Part shown: piece after piece, positions 1 to 8,408 of the stretch | Layout: each line of letters starts with the position of its first letter | Position numbering within the stretch: the first letter of the stretch is position 1 | Notes under the pieces: generated by a model | What the model was told of the DNA's origin: nothing | Seen by the model: only the letters and a program-made list of their open reading frames with translations | Databases searched by the model: none | Program-made: the position numbers and the translations under genes | DNA from: Bifidobacterium longum subsp. longum JCM 1217 | GTDB taxonomy: Bacteria > Actinomycetota > Actinomycetes > Actinomycetales > Bifidobacteriaceae | DNA: 32,000 nt | Assembly: GCF_000196555.1 (NCBI RefSeq) | Contig: NC_015067.1 | Location: forward strand, 2,010,001-2,042,000 | Reading direction: 5' to 3'

Positions 1-54
1 GCGGAGACCGCCCGTCCTCGGTTATTTCAGGAGTTACTTAACCCGGAGTTTCCG

Positions 55-90
55 GAAAACAAAAAAGTTCCGAGCTTTCACCCGGAACCT
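55..90 (-). terminator. Rho-independent terminator downstream of tRNA-Ser
   Basis: Stem GTTCCG (67-72) / CGGAAC (83-88). On the minus strand it is followed directly by T6 (66-61) and more T-rich sequence. Confidence 0.55.
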
Positions 91-97
91 TAATCGG

Positions 98-184
98 CGG
101 AGTCAGAGGGATTCGAACCCTCGAGCCGTTTACACGACTAACACCTTAGCAGGGTGCCCCTATCGGCCACTCAGGCATGACTCC
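98..184 (-). tRNA. tRNA-Ser (anticodon GCT), class II with long variable arm
   Basis: The reverse complement reads GGAGTCA-TG-CCT..AGG. Anticodon stem is GCACC/GGTGT with loop CTGCTAA (GCT). There is a long variable arm and a T arm GAGGG-TTCGAAT-CCCTC. Acceptor 3' strand is TGACTCC plus discriminator G. CCA is not encoded. Confidence 0.9.
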
Positions 185-255
185 ACGTTACGCAATAATG
201 CGCAACAGCAAATTACTGTACCACGTCCTGCGGATACGGCGTGCCGAACGACACA

Positions 256-1203
256 TTATTGAACGTCCGCGGGTGCGGCGTCGCCGGAGAACGTAACGAT
301 AACCGCGCAAATCACCAACGCCACACCGACGATTTCACCAACGCTGGGAATCTCGCCGAACGCCAGTCCCACGGCCACCGCCATGGCGGGATTGATGGAT
401 TGCATTACCGAAAATGCGCCGGATGTGGTGCGTCGCAGCGTGATCTGCTCCACCACATAGGGAATGAACGAGGCCATCAGGGAAATCACAAACAGCAGAG
501 CCAGCAGCTTCAGCGAGCCGCCGGGCTCAAGCGCCCACGTGGCATCGGCCTTGGGGTGAACCACATGAGCCACAGCCGGCACGCCAAGGAACAGGGACTG
601 GACCAGCCAGCCGATGGTCACGGCGATGCACAGATTATCCAGCGAATTGCCGCCAGCCGCCACGCGCCGGCCGGTGATGATATACATGCCCCACATCGAC
701 CCGCCGATCAAAATCGCAATCAGACCATACAAAAACGTGCCATTGCCGGACGGATTGGCCAATGATATGCCAGCTAACAGCACCACACCGACCGCCGCGA
801 TACCGATACCGACCCGCTCGCGCCAGCTTTTGCCGGTAATCACCGCCACCGAAAGCGGTCCCAAAAATTCGATAGACACGGCAATGCCCATATCCATATT
901 GCTGATGGCCACATAAAACAGGGTATTCATCAGCACCAGCGAGCAGCCGAGCAGTACGACCAGCCCCCAGCTGCGGGCGTCGCGGTGAAACAGTTGCGCT
1001 CGCTTCGCCTTGTTCCAGGGCCTGCGCCACAGCAGCAACAGCACCGCCATGAATCCCACGCGATACCACACCGAGTACAGCGGATCGAGCTGGGTGAACG
1101 CAAGTTTGGCGACGGCCGTAGCCAAATAAATCACCAGTGCCTCACCAATCACGATAAGAACCACGGGAACACGGTTGAGGATACCGACCACTGCCTTCTT
1201 CAT
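256..1203 (-). CDS. EamA/DMT-superfamily transporter (RhaT/RhtA-like)
   Basis: The 256..1320 ORF is very hydrophobic with about 10 predicted helices and a two-fold EamA-like layout. The most plausible start is MKKAVVG (ATG at 1203), because the upstream 39 codons look non-native. Confidence 0.7.
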   Translation of the reverse strand: MKKAVVGILNRVPVVLIVIGEALVIYLATAVAKLAFTQLDPLYSVWYRVGFMAVLLLLWRRPWNKAKRAQLFHRDARSWGLVVLLGCSLVLMNTLFYVAISNMDMGIAVSIEFLGPLSVAVITGKSWRERVGIGIAAVGVVLLAGISLANPSGNGTFLYGLIAILIGGSMWGMYIITGRRVAAGGNSLDNLCIAVTIGWLVQSLFLGVPAVAHVVHPKADATWALEPGGSLKLLALLFVISLMASFIPYVVEQITLRRTTSGAFSVMQSINPAMAVAVGLAFGEIPSVGEIVGVALVICAVIVTFSGDAAPADVQ

Positions 1204-1359
1204 GAGGTTTACGCTACTCGGAGAGCCGGGACAGCGCGCATTGACTTGGAAGGCGTTACGGACAGTGACGCAATGTGGACGATTCCGTGGAATCGCACCC
1301 ACCATGCGAAACAGCCGCACAGTGCGTAAACCCTTGGAATTCCGGCGATATTCGGCATT

Positions 1360-2706
1360 ATGACAATGAGCGCCGCGTCATGCGCGCCACATAGTGAGCA
1401 TGACCTCGTTCGGCATTCCTACAATGGTGGCATGAGCACCGCACCGAGACTTGAGGCCGCCAAACGCGATTGGGGCCACGACGAGACCGGATGCACCGTG
1501 CTGCATATCGACATGGATGCCTTCTATGCCTCATTGGAGGTGGCGCGCAACCCCGGGCTCAAAGGCAAGCCGGTAATCATCGGCACCGGGCCGCGCGCGG
1601 TGGTGTCCGCCGCGAGCTACGAAGCCCGGAAATACGGCATCAATTCGGCGATGCCGGCCGCGCGCGCCCATCGGTTGTGCCCGAACGGCATTTTTCTGCC
1701 AGTGGATATGGCGTATTACCGCATGATGTCGCACCGAATCATGCATGAGGTGTTTTTGACCGTCACCGACCGGTTCGAGCAGGTTTCGGTGGACGAGGGC
1801 TATATGGATGTGTCCGCCGCACTGCTGGAGTGGGGGCGGCCGAGCGCGATCGGCGCGTGGATTCGCGCTCAGGTGGCCGAGCGCTTCCACGTGACGTGTT
1901 CAGTGGGTATCGCCTGTAACAAACTGGTGTCCAAAATGGCCTCGACCAATGCCAAGCCGGACGGCATGCTGCTGATTCCCGCGGCCCGCTCGGCCGAATT
2001 CGTGCAGATGATGCCATTGCGTGGTATTCCGGGAATCGGGCCGTCTTTGGAGAAGCGGCTTAATGCTTGGGGCGTGCATTCGGTGGCTGAATTGGCTCAG
2101 CTGGATGAGGCTGCATTGACTCGTGCCACTGGCTCCCCGGCTGCGGCACGTGGATTATGGGCGGCCTCGCACGGGTTGGATTCCCGCGAAATTACCACGG
2201 TACGCGAGGAGAAATCCATTGGGTCCGAGGAAACCTTGGCCGAGGATACACGCGATATGCGCGTGGTGTGTGGGCTACTGCGTTCGGCCTGCGACGAAGT
2301 AACCAGCACGCTGCGGCGCAAGGGGCTGGTGGCGCGCACGCTGACGGTGAAGTTGCGGTTCGCCGACCTGAGCTATCAGACCCGGTCTTTTACGATGGAG
2401 CGGCCGACCGATACGGCCGGCGTGCTGTACCCGGAATGCGTGCGGCAGCTGAAAGTCATGCTGGGGCTACCGGCCTCGGCGGAGTCTGCCACTCCCCTGC
2501 CCAAAACTATTCGCTTGGCCGGTATGAGCACGTCTTCGCTCAGTAAGGCGGCGGCTACGGCCGTGCAGCCTTCACTGGATGACATGCTCGAAGAGGCCGA
2601 CAATGCCCGCGGCCAGACCTCACAGGCGCGTTTGCATGATGCCGAGGCCGCACTGGACGCTGTGCGCCGCAAATTCGGCAACAAGGCCGCCCAGTTTGGG
2701 GCGTGA
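1360..2706 (+). CDS. dinB: DNA polymerase IV (Y-family, DinB)
   Basis: Canonical N-terminal catalytic motif VLHIDMDAFYASLEVARNPGLKGKPVIIG. Also SVDEGYMDV, IACNKLVSKMAS.NAKPDG and the little-finger region. The start is uncertain (ATG 1360, 1366 or 1432). Confidence 0.9.
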   Translation: MTMSAASCAPHSEHDLVRHSYNGGMSTAPRLEAAKRDWGHDETGCTVLHIDMDAFYASLEVARNPGLKGKPVIIGTGPRAVVSAASYEARKYGINSAMPAARAHRLCPNGIFLPVDMAYYRMMSHRIMHEVFLTVTDRFEQVSVDEGYMDVSAALLEWGRPSAIGAWIRAQVAERFHVTCSVGIACNKLVSKMASTNAKPDGMLLIPAARSAEFVQMMPLRGIPGIGPSLEKRLNAWGVHSVAELAQLDEAALTRATGSPAAARGLWAASHGLDSREITTVREEKSIGSEETLAEDTRDMRVVCGLLRSACDEVTSTLRRKGLVARTLTVKLRFADLSYQTRSFTMERPTDTAGVLYPECVRQLKVMLGLPASAESATPLPKTIRLAGMSTSSLSKAAATAVQPSLDDMLEEADNARGQTSQARLHDAEAALDAVRRKFGNKAAQFGA

Positions 2707-2732
2707 ACGGCTCAACGCCACTTACGATCTCA

Positions 2733-3968
2733 TTACGCCGTGAGACGTTCGCAGGCGGAACGGATGGCCTCGTCGGTGGCGGTGGCGGAGAAACGCAGGT
2801 AGGCGGGAGCGCCGTAGAATTCGCCGGGGCTGGGGATGATGCCGATCTTGGCGAGCTCGGCCATATCGGCCCAGCAGTCGCCGGACTTGGCCTTGACCCA
2901 TACGTACAGCGCGCCGGAGGGCATTTGTGCCGAATAGCCATATGCCTTCAGTGCGTCAACCAGCGCGGATAGGCGGCGACGGTAACGCCTCCATTGCTCG
3001 TGCACAGCGGCTGTGTCCTTCAGGCCTGCGGCCATGGCGGCCTGCACTGGGCCAGGGATAATCTGGCCGATCTGCTTGCGGTATTCGGCCATTTCCTTGA
3101 CCAGCCGGTAATCGCCGGCAATTAGAGCCGTACGGTAGCCGGCCATGTTGGACTGCTTGGACAGCGAGTAGAGCACCAGGATGCCAGCTGCCGAACCTTC
3201 ACACACATGTGGATTCAGGGCACATGGCGTGGCGGAGAGACTGAATGCGGTATCGGAGGCGGGCTCGTTGGATTCGGCCACCGGTGCGGCAGGCACAGAC
3301 GCAGCAGATGCAGACGCGGCAGGCGCAGAGGACGCGGCTGTATTGCGGCGCACCGAACGCCAGTCCATTAACGCATAGCATTCGTCGGAGAGCACCACGG
3401 CACCGATGCGACGGGCAGCAGCCACGATGTCGGTCAGCCAGTCAGCGGAGATGACCTCGCCGGAGGGATTACACGGCGAGTTGATCCAGATGGCCTTGAC
3501 GTTCGGAATATTCACCCAGGAATCGACGTCGGTCACATCATCGACTTTGACCACGGTGGCGCCGGCAAGTTGGGTACCGATTTCGTAAGTCGGGTAGGAG
3601 ACAGCCGGTTGGACGACCACATCGCCTTCGCCAAGGTGCAGCAGGCTGGCCATCAGCGCCACGGCCTCCTTGGAACCCACGGTGGGTACGGCGGCAGCGT
3701 TGATGGATTTCAGATCCACCCCGCGCAGTTCGCGGAACCATGTATCGATAGCGGCCTTAAGGTCGGCGGTGCCGGCGGTGACCGGGTATCCATGGGCGTT
3801 GGGGGCGTCTGCGCCGGCAACCAGCGCCTGCTGGACACTGCTCGGCACCGGGTCCACAGGCGAGCCTACGGACAGGTCGATCATGCCACCCGGCACGGTT
3901 TTGGCGGTGGCTTTGAAGCCGGCGATACGAGACCAGTCGTATGGCGACGAATATGCGTGGAAGCCCAT
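2733..3968 (-). CDS. dapC: Class I/II PLP aminotransferase, succinyldiaminopimelate transaminase-like
   Basis: Start MGFHAYSSPYDW (ATG 3968). Motifs seen are DLSVGSPVDP, NSPCNPSG and the PLP-lysine motif YSLSKQSNMAGYR. It lies immediately downstream of fdxA, as in the actinobacterial fdx-dapC pairing. It contains an Ala/Ser/Pro-rich insert. Confidence 0.65.
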   Translation of the reverse strand: MGFHAYSSPYDWSRIAGFKATAKTVPGGMIDLSVGSPVDPVPSSVQQALVAGADAPNAHGYPVTAGTADLKAAIDTWFRELRGVDLKSINAAAVPTVGSKEAVALMASLLHLGEGDVVVQPAVSYPTYEIGTQLAGATVVKVDDVTDVDSWVNIPNVKAIWINSPCNPSGEVISADWLTDIVAAARRIGAVVLSDECYALMDWRSVRRNTAASSAPAASASAASVPAAPVAESNEPASDTAFSLSATPCALNPHVCEGSAAGILVLYSLSKQSNMAGYRTALIAGDYRLVKEMAEYRKQIGQIIPGPVQAAMAAGLKDTAAVHEQWRRYRRRLSALVDALKAYGYSAQMPSGALYVWVKAKSGDCWADMAELAKIGIIPSPGEFYGAPAYLRFSATATDEAIRSACERLTA

Positions 3969-4082
3969 GAGAACCCCTTTCTTGGACGGTATGTTCCTAA
4001 GATACGACGAACCCTCGGCCGTGATAGACCGAGGGTTCAATCCGAACTATGCGCTGTGTGCAGCGCTTATCCGCAAATCAGC

Positions 4083-4403
4083 TTACTGGTTCTGCGGCGG
4101 CAGCGCGGCGACCTGTTCCGGGTCTTTGCCGATTGGACCATTGGCGGAAGCGCCGCCCAAATCGCCGACTTCAGCGAAGAAGTTGACAGCGGCATCCTTG
4201 TACCAAGCCCACTCGTCCGGCAGATCATCCTCATAGAAGATGGCCTCGGTGGGACACACCGGTTCGCATGCACCGCAGTCGACGCACTCGTTGGGGTTGA
4301 TGTACAGCGAGCGGGAACCCTCGTAAATGCAGTCGACGGGGCACTCGTCCACGCAAGCCTTGTCCTTGACATCCACGCAAGGCTGAGCGATTACATATGG
4401 CAT
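4083..4403 (-). CDS. fdxA: 7Fe ferredoxin (3Fe-4S/4Fe-4S), FdxA type
   Basis: MPYVIAQPCVDVKDKACVDECPVDCIY...CVDCGACEPVCPTEAI carries the classic CxxxxxxC...CP and CxxCxxCxxxCP cluster motifs. Confidence 0.9.
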   Translation of the reverse strand: MPYVIAQPCVDVKDKACVDECPVDCIYEGSRSLYINPNECVDCGACEPVCPTEAIFYEDDLPDEWAWYKDAAVNFFAEVGDLGGASANGPIGKDPEQVAALPPQNQ

Positions 4404-4463
4404 GGAATCCTCCTTAACAAATACTGATACAAGGGTACGCGCCTGTTGGGACGCTCCTCGCTC

Positions 4464-5990
4464 TCAGCCGTTAACGGCCTTATCGGTTTCGGCGGACAGC
4501 GTTTCGGTCAGGTCGCCCTTGCCGAGGCGCGCATGCCAGTAGCCGTAGCCGAAGTAGATGGCGAAGCCGACCACGAGCCACACCACGAAACGAATCCAGG
4601 TGAGCACGGACAGGTTGAGCATCAACCAGAAGTTGGCCACGGCGATGAGGATCGGAATCCACGGGCTGCCGGGCATCTTGAAGGCGCGCGGCAGGTCGGG
4701 GCGCTTCTTGCGCATAATCGGGATGGAGATGGCCACCAGCGTGAAGGCGGACAGGGTGCCGATGTTGACCATGTCGGAGAGCACGCCGATGTCGAAGAAG
4801 GCGGCCACGAGCGCCACCACCGCGCCGACGACGATCTGCAGAGCGGCCGGGGTGCCATGCTTGCCGGTCTTGGACAGGCCGCGCGGCAGCAGACCATCGC
4901 GGCTCATGGCGAAGACGATACGGGTCAGGCCGAGCAACAGCACCATAACCACGGTGGCCAGGCCCAGCACGATGCCGAAGCTGATGATCTTGGCGGCCCA
5001 GTCGGCGCCCACCAGTTCGAAGGCGGTGGCCAGCGAGGGGCTGTCTTGCTTGGCGAGATCGGCATAGGAGACCATGCCGGTGGTCACCACGGCCACGAGC
5101 ATGTACATGACAATGATGAGCAGCATGCCCACGCCGATGCCGAGCGGCACGTTCTTGTGCGGGTTCTTGGTCTCCTCAGAGGCGGTGGCCACCACGTCGA
5201 ATCCGATGAACGCGAAGAACACGAGCGCCGCGCCCGAGAGGATGCCAGGAACGCCGTACACGGATGGGGTCATGCCGGTGGCGAACTGCCACAACGGCTG
5301 GGTCATCACGCCGGTGACGGCGGAGGAGCCTTCCACGGTGGAGGCCGGCTGGCTCGGCGGAATGAACGGGGTGAAGTTGGAGGCCTTGACGTAGAAGAAG
5401 CCGACGATCACCACAAAGAACACGATGGCGATCTTGAGCACGGTCATAGCACCGTCCACGCGGGCGCCGATCTTGGTGCCGAATACGAGCAGCGTGGTAA
5501 AGAACGCCACGATGATAATCGGGGCGATATCGATGTGGAAGGAGCCGAACGTCAGGTTGGTGTTGGCGTTCCAGCCCATCAGGCGCATGAAATCGTTGAG
5601 GTATACGCCCCAATATTTGGAAATCACGGAGCCGGCCATCAGCATTTCCAGGATCAGATCCCAGCCGATGATCCAGGCCATGATCTCGCCGACCGTGGTG
5701 TAGGTGAAGGTGTAGGCGGAGCCGGCCACCGGAATCATCGAAGCGAATTCGGCGTAGCACATCACGGCTGCGCCGCACACGATGCCGGCGATCAGGAAGC
5801 TGATGATCACGGCCGGGCCGGCGTGGAAGGCGGCGGCCTGCGCGCCCACCGAGAAGATGCCGGCGCCCACGGCTACGGCCACACCCATGATTGACAGATC
5901 CCACCAAGTCAGGTTGCGCTTGAGCTTGCGGCCCTCTTCACCGGTTTCGGCAATGGTCTGTTCGACGGATTTTGTACGGAACAGTTGCAT
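4464..5990 (-). CDS. APC-superfamily amino acid permease
   Basis: 12+ TM protein with LTWWDLSIMGVAVAVGAGIF..AGPAVIISFLIAG....CYAEFASMIPVAGSAY, which is typical of amino-acid permeases. The ATG at 5990 (MQLFRTKS) is preferred over the GTG at 6023 because a purine-rich AAGAAGAG precedes it. Confidence 0.85.
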   Translation of the reverse strand: MQLFRTKSVEQTIAETGEEGRKLKRNLTWWDLSIMGVAVAVGAGIFSVGAQAAAFHAGPAVIISFLIAGIVCGAAVMCYAEFASMIPVAGSAYTFTYTTVGEIMAWIIGWDLILEMLMAGSVISKYWGVYLNDFMRLMGWNANTNLTFGSFHIDIAPIIIVAFFTTLLVFGTKIGARVDGAMTVLKIAIVFFVVIVGFFYVKASNFTPFIPPSQPASTVEGSSAVTGVMTQPLWQFATGMTPSVYGVPGILSGAALVFFAFIGFDVVATASEETKNPHKNVPLGIGVGMLLIIVMYMLVAVVTTGMVSYADLAKQDSPSLATAFELVGADWAAKIISFGIVLGLATVVMVLLLGLTRIVFAMSRDGLLPRGLSKTGKHGTPAALQIVVGAVVALVAAFFDIGVLSDMVNIGTLSAFTLVAISIPIMRKKRPDLPRAFKMPGSPWIPILIAVANFWLMLNLSVLTWIRFVVWLVVGFAIYFGYGYWHARLGKGDLTETLSAETDKAVNG

Positions 5991-6048
5991 AGTGCTCTTC
6001 TTTTTTCTCTGTTGTTTGCGCACCGAATGCGCACAATACCGACAATCG

Positions 6049-6077
6049 AGTATAGAAGAGCCCGCGTGTCTTGTCTA
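6049..6077 (-). promoter_or_regulatory. Candidate sigma-70-type promoter for the permease gene
   Basis: The minus strand reads TAGACA - 17 nt - TATACT, in the AT-rich gap between murB and the permease. Confidence 0.35.
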
Positions 6078-6141
6078 TTAATAAGACTCAGAGTCCGCAA
6101 TATATGGGATTAATAACCCACTCCATCAATCAATAGCGCGA

Positions 6142-7365
6142 TTACAGCACACCGACGCAGACCGGTTCGGGCACCAAGTCCACTCCGAACGCGCTCTTGA
6201 CTGCCTGCTGAACCGCACGCGCCAAAGCTGCGATATCGGCCGCGCTCGCTCCCCCACGATTGGTCAAGGCCAGCGTGTGCTGCGTGGATAGACTGGCCGG
6301 CGCGTCCGCATCGACCTTATATCCCTTATGGCAGCCGGCATGGTCGATGAGCCAGGCGGCGGACGTCTTGGTGCCGGGAGTGCCGTCAGGCAGAGTCGCG
6401 TCGAACTTCGGCGCATCTTCGGGCAGGGCCGCCGCTTGGTCGGCGGTCAGAATCGGATTCATAAAGAACGAGCCGCAGCTGTGGCGATTGTAGTCGGGAG
6501 CAGGCAGACCGTCATCGCCAACGGGAATGCCGGCGGCCTCATTGAGGGAGGCCAGACGCTCCAGATCGGTCAGGATATTGGCCTCGCGCTTGGCGGTGGC
6601 CATGTCAGGCAAGGCGTAGCGAGTAGGGTCCTCGAGCATGCCCTTGGCGGCACGTACTGCGAGCACGGCTTTGCGGATGTCGGCGGTGGCCATACGGTCG
6701 CCCACTTCGACGCCAAGCGCTTTGGCAAGCTGTCCGTAACCTACCGTGCCTTCGGCCGAGTGGGTCAGGGCAAAGGTGACGGAAAGCACCACGTAACGTG
6801 GCGTCGGGAAGAATCGGCCGGCCGGCCGGCCGGGGCCGGCGTACATGCTGGTCTTCAGTGCGGAGTATCGATAGCCGAATCGAAGATCGGCGGGTGTGAG
6901 GTCGCGCGTTGTTTTGGTGTCTCGATCCCAGACTTCCACCGATTCGACCGAAGTGGCGACTTCCTGCCCGTAGGCACCGATGTTCTGCACCACGGAAGCG
7001 CCGACTGTGCCGGGAATGCCGGACAGTCCCTCGACGCCCTCGAGCCCGAGCTCTACGGTGAAGGCCACGAAATCATCCCAATTGGCACCGGCCTCGGCAT
7101 TGACATGCACGGTGCGATCCTCGCCCTCTACCGGTGCAGCCTCGTCCGGCACAGTGATGAGGCGTCGGGCGTCTCGAACCACCACGCCGTCAAAAGGCTT
7201 ATCGGAAACAAGCAGGTTGGAGCCGCCACCGACGACGACCAAGGGCAGGCCTTTGGAATCGGCTTCCTCCACGGCTTCGATGAGTCCCACGCGCGTGGTC
7301 GGCTCGATGAAATGGGCGATGGGGCCGCCCACGCCCATGGTGGTGATGTCTGCAAAGCTTGTCAT
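6142..7365 (-). CDS. murB: UDP-N-acetylenolpyruvoylglucosamine reductase
   Basis: The N-terminus TTMGVGGP....IEP......EAV.....KGLPLVVVGGGSNLLVSD is an FAD-binding PCMH domain. The protein is MurB-like throughout. Confidence 0.88.
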   Translation of the reverse strand: MTSFADITTMGVGGPIAHFIEPTTRVGLIEAVEEADSKGLPLVVVGGGSNLLVSDKPFDGVVVRDARRLITVPDEAAPVEGEDRTVHVNAEAGANWDDFVAFTVELGLEGVEGLSGIPGTVGASVVQNIGAYGQEVATSVESVEVWDRDTKTTRDLTPADLRFGYRYSALKTSMYAGPGRPAGRFFPTPRYVVLSVTFALTHSAEGTVGYGQLAKALGVEVGDRMATADIRKAVLAVRAAKGMLEDPTRYALPDMATAKREANILTDLERLASLNEAAGIPVGDDGLPAPDYNRHSCGSFFMNPILTADQAAALPEDAPKFDATLPDGTPGTKTSAAWLIDHAGCHKGYKVDADAPASLSTQHTLALTNRGGASAADIAALARAVQQAVKSAFGVDLVPEPVCVGVL

Positions 7366-7414
7366 GGCTTACTATCTTAGTGGCGCAGGTGCGATATCGA
7401 GGCAATCATCGGCT

Positions 7415-7532
7415 GAAACGGCAGAACGCCCGCGTCTGAACGAAGGTGGCGCGGGATTTCTGCCGTTTTGGCGGCCCGAAACGACAGAACGCCCGCGAGG
7501 GGTTCGTTCAGACGCGGGATTTCTGCCGTTTC
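7415..7532. repeat. 2 x 63-bp tandem unit, each a hairpin; the whole element is a large imperfect palindrome
   Basis: Arms are A gaaacggcagaacgcccgcg (7415-7434), B cgcgggatttctgccgtttt (7450-7469), C gaaacgacagaacgcccgcg (7478-7497) and D cgcgggatttctgccgtttc (7513-7532). The loops tctgaacgaa (7435-7444) and ttcgttcaga (7503-7512) are reverse complements of each other. Confidence 0.85.
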
Positions 7533-7590
7533 TCACGCGATGCGGATACTGATTCCGCACCCTGCCACTCGCCTCCGGAGGCAATACGCA

Positions 7591-7617
7591 AAAACCCGGC
7601 CGAATGGGCCGGGTTTT
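7591..7617 (-). terminator. Rho-independent (bidirectional-looking) terminator after rpmG
   Basis: AAAA-CCCGGCC-gaatg-GGCCGGG-TTTT. On the minus strand the stem is followed by TTTTT. Confidence 0.8.
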
Positions 7618-7638
7618 GTAAAGCTGTGATACTTGCGA

Positions 7639-7806
7639 TCAACGAGTCTCGCGGTGCACGGTCTGCTTGCCGCAGCGCGGGCAGAACTTCTTGAGCTCAA
7701 GACGGTCGGGCGTGTTACGACGGTTCTTAGTCGTAATGTAGTTACGCTCCTTGCACTCGGTGCAGGCCAGCGTGATGCCCGGACGGATGTCGGCGCTCTT
7801 AGCCAT
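7639..7806 (-). CDS. rpmG: 50S ribosomal protein L33
   Basis: Hand translation of the minus strand gives [55 protein letters not shown] (55 aa, below the ORF-track cutoff). It has a CxxC...CxxC zinc ribbon. Confidence 0.92.
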   Translation of the reverse strand: MAKSADIRPGITLACTECKERNYITTKNRRNTPDRLELKKFCPRCGKQTVHRETR

Positions 7807-7867
7807 TGTCATTCACCTCTGTGTTCTTAGGTATAGTGCGCGCCCACCGGTTAGCGGGCGCGATTTG

Positions 7868-7941
7868 TAGCGAGGAAGAGGCTCGAACTCTTGACCTTAC
7901 GATTATGAGTCGTACGCTCTAGCCAGCTGAGCTACCCCGCC
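7868..7941 (-). tRNA. tRNA with anticodon CAT (elongator Met; Ile-lysidine type not excluded)
   Basis: GGCGGGG-TA-GCTC-AGCTGGCTA-GAGC, anticodon loop CTCATAA, T arm AAGAG-TTCGAGC-CTCTT, acceptor closes with two G-U pairs, discriminator A. Confidence 0.85.
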
Positions 7942-7945
7942 AGAG

Positions 7946-8017
<72 letters not shown>

Positions 8018-8018
8018 G

Positions 8019-8100
8019 TGGCGGATAGTGGATTCGAACCACTGAAGCACGAAGCGGCTGATTTACAGTCAGCTCCCTTTGACCGCTTGGGAAATCCGCC
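8019..8100 (-). tRNA. tRNA-Tyr (anticodon GTA), long variable arm
   Basis: GGCGGAT-TT-CCC-AAGCGGTCAAA-GGG, anticodon loop CTGTAAA, variable arm, T arm CAGTGG-TTCGAAT-CCACT, acceptor ATCCGCC plus A. Confidence 0.9.
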
Positions 8101-8122
8101 AGTCTGTTTCCCGCCGCGGTGT

Positions 8123-8175
8123 TTGACCTCAACAGGCAACTTGGCTATATAACCACAGATTTTCCAGGTATGCAA
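8123..8175. promoter_or_regulatory. Candidate overlapping divergent promoters sharing a palindromic -10 (TATATA)
   Basis: Plus strand: TTGACC (8123-8128) - 17 nt - TATATA (8146-8151). Minus strand: TTGCAT (complement of 8170-8175) - 17/18 nt - TTATAT/TATATA over the same bases. The minus promoter would fire about 40 nt upstream of tRNA-Tyr. Confidence 0.45.
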
Positions 8176-8408
8176 ATCGGCCCCTACGCGAACCTTGTTT
8201 TACCGCGGAATTCTGCGGTTTTATCGGCGTGTCTCACAGCGTGTTTTCAGGGCCCGCTTCGGCCCTGCAAACAGCCCCGACCAAGGCTGCACCCCGCACT
8301 TCACCCAATCATTTTTTCTTATATGGTGCTCTAGAACCTTGCAATGGCGCGGTTTTCAAGCGATGTCGCCTGTTTGCGCGGCACGGCGCATGCTGGCATG
8401 CTGGGCGC

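Noticed and set aside
1204-1359. LexA (SOS) box or RecA-independent DNA-damage promoter upstream of dinB
   Set aside because: No TCGAAC-N4-GTTCGA-like palindrome and no TTGTCAGTG-N8-TAnnnT motif was found in the divergent EamA/dinB intergenic region.
4446-5894. 482-aa plus-strand ORF antisense to the amino-acid permease
   Set aside because: The composition is extremely H/G/D/E/R-rich, it resembles no known family, and it lies opposite a well-supported 12-TM permease.
7415-7532. CRISPR array
   Set aside because: There are only two 63-bp periods. The repeats are inverted pairs forming hairpins with related loops, not direct repeats separated by unique spacers, and there are no cas genes.
8158-8408. 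SAM-type riboswitch (for example the Bifidobacterium-associated SAM-VI) in the leader of the decayed Cys/Met gene
   Set aside because: I could not recognise a conserved aptamer core from memory. Only a short ACCGCGG-aatt-CTGCGGT hairpin plus T tract (8201-8225) and AGGGCC-cgcttc-GGCCCT are visible. An Rfam/Infernal scan is needed, so no claim is made.
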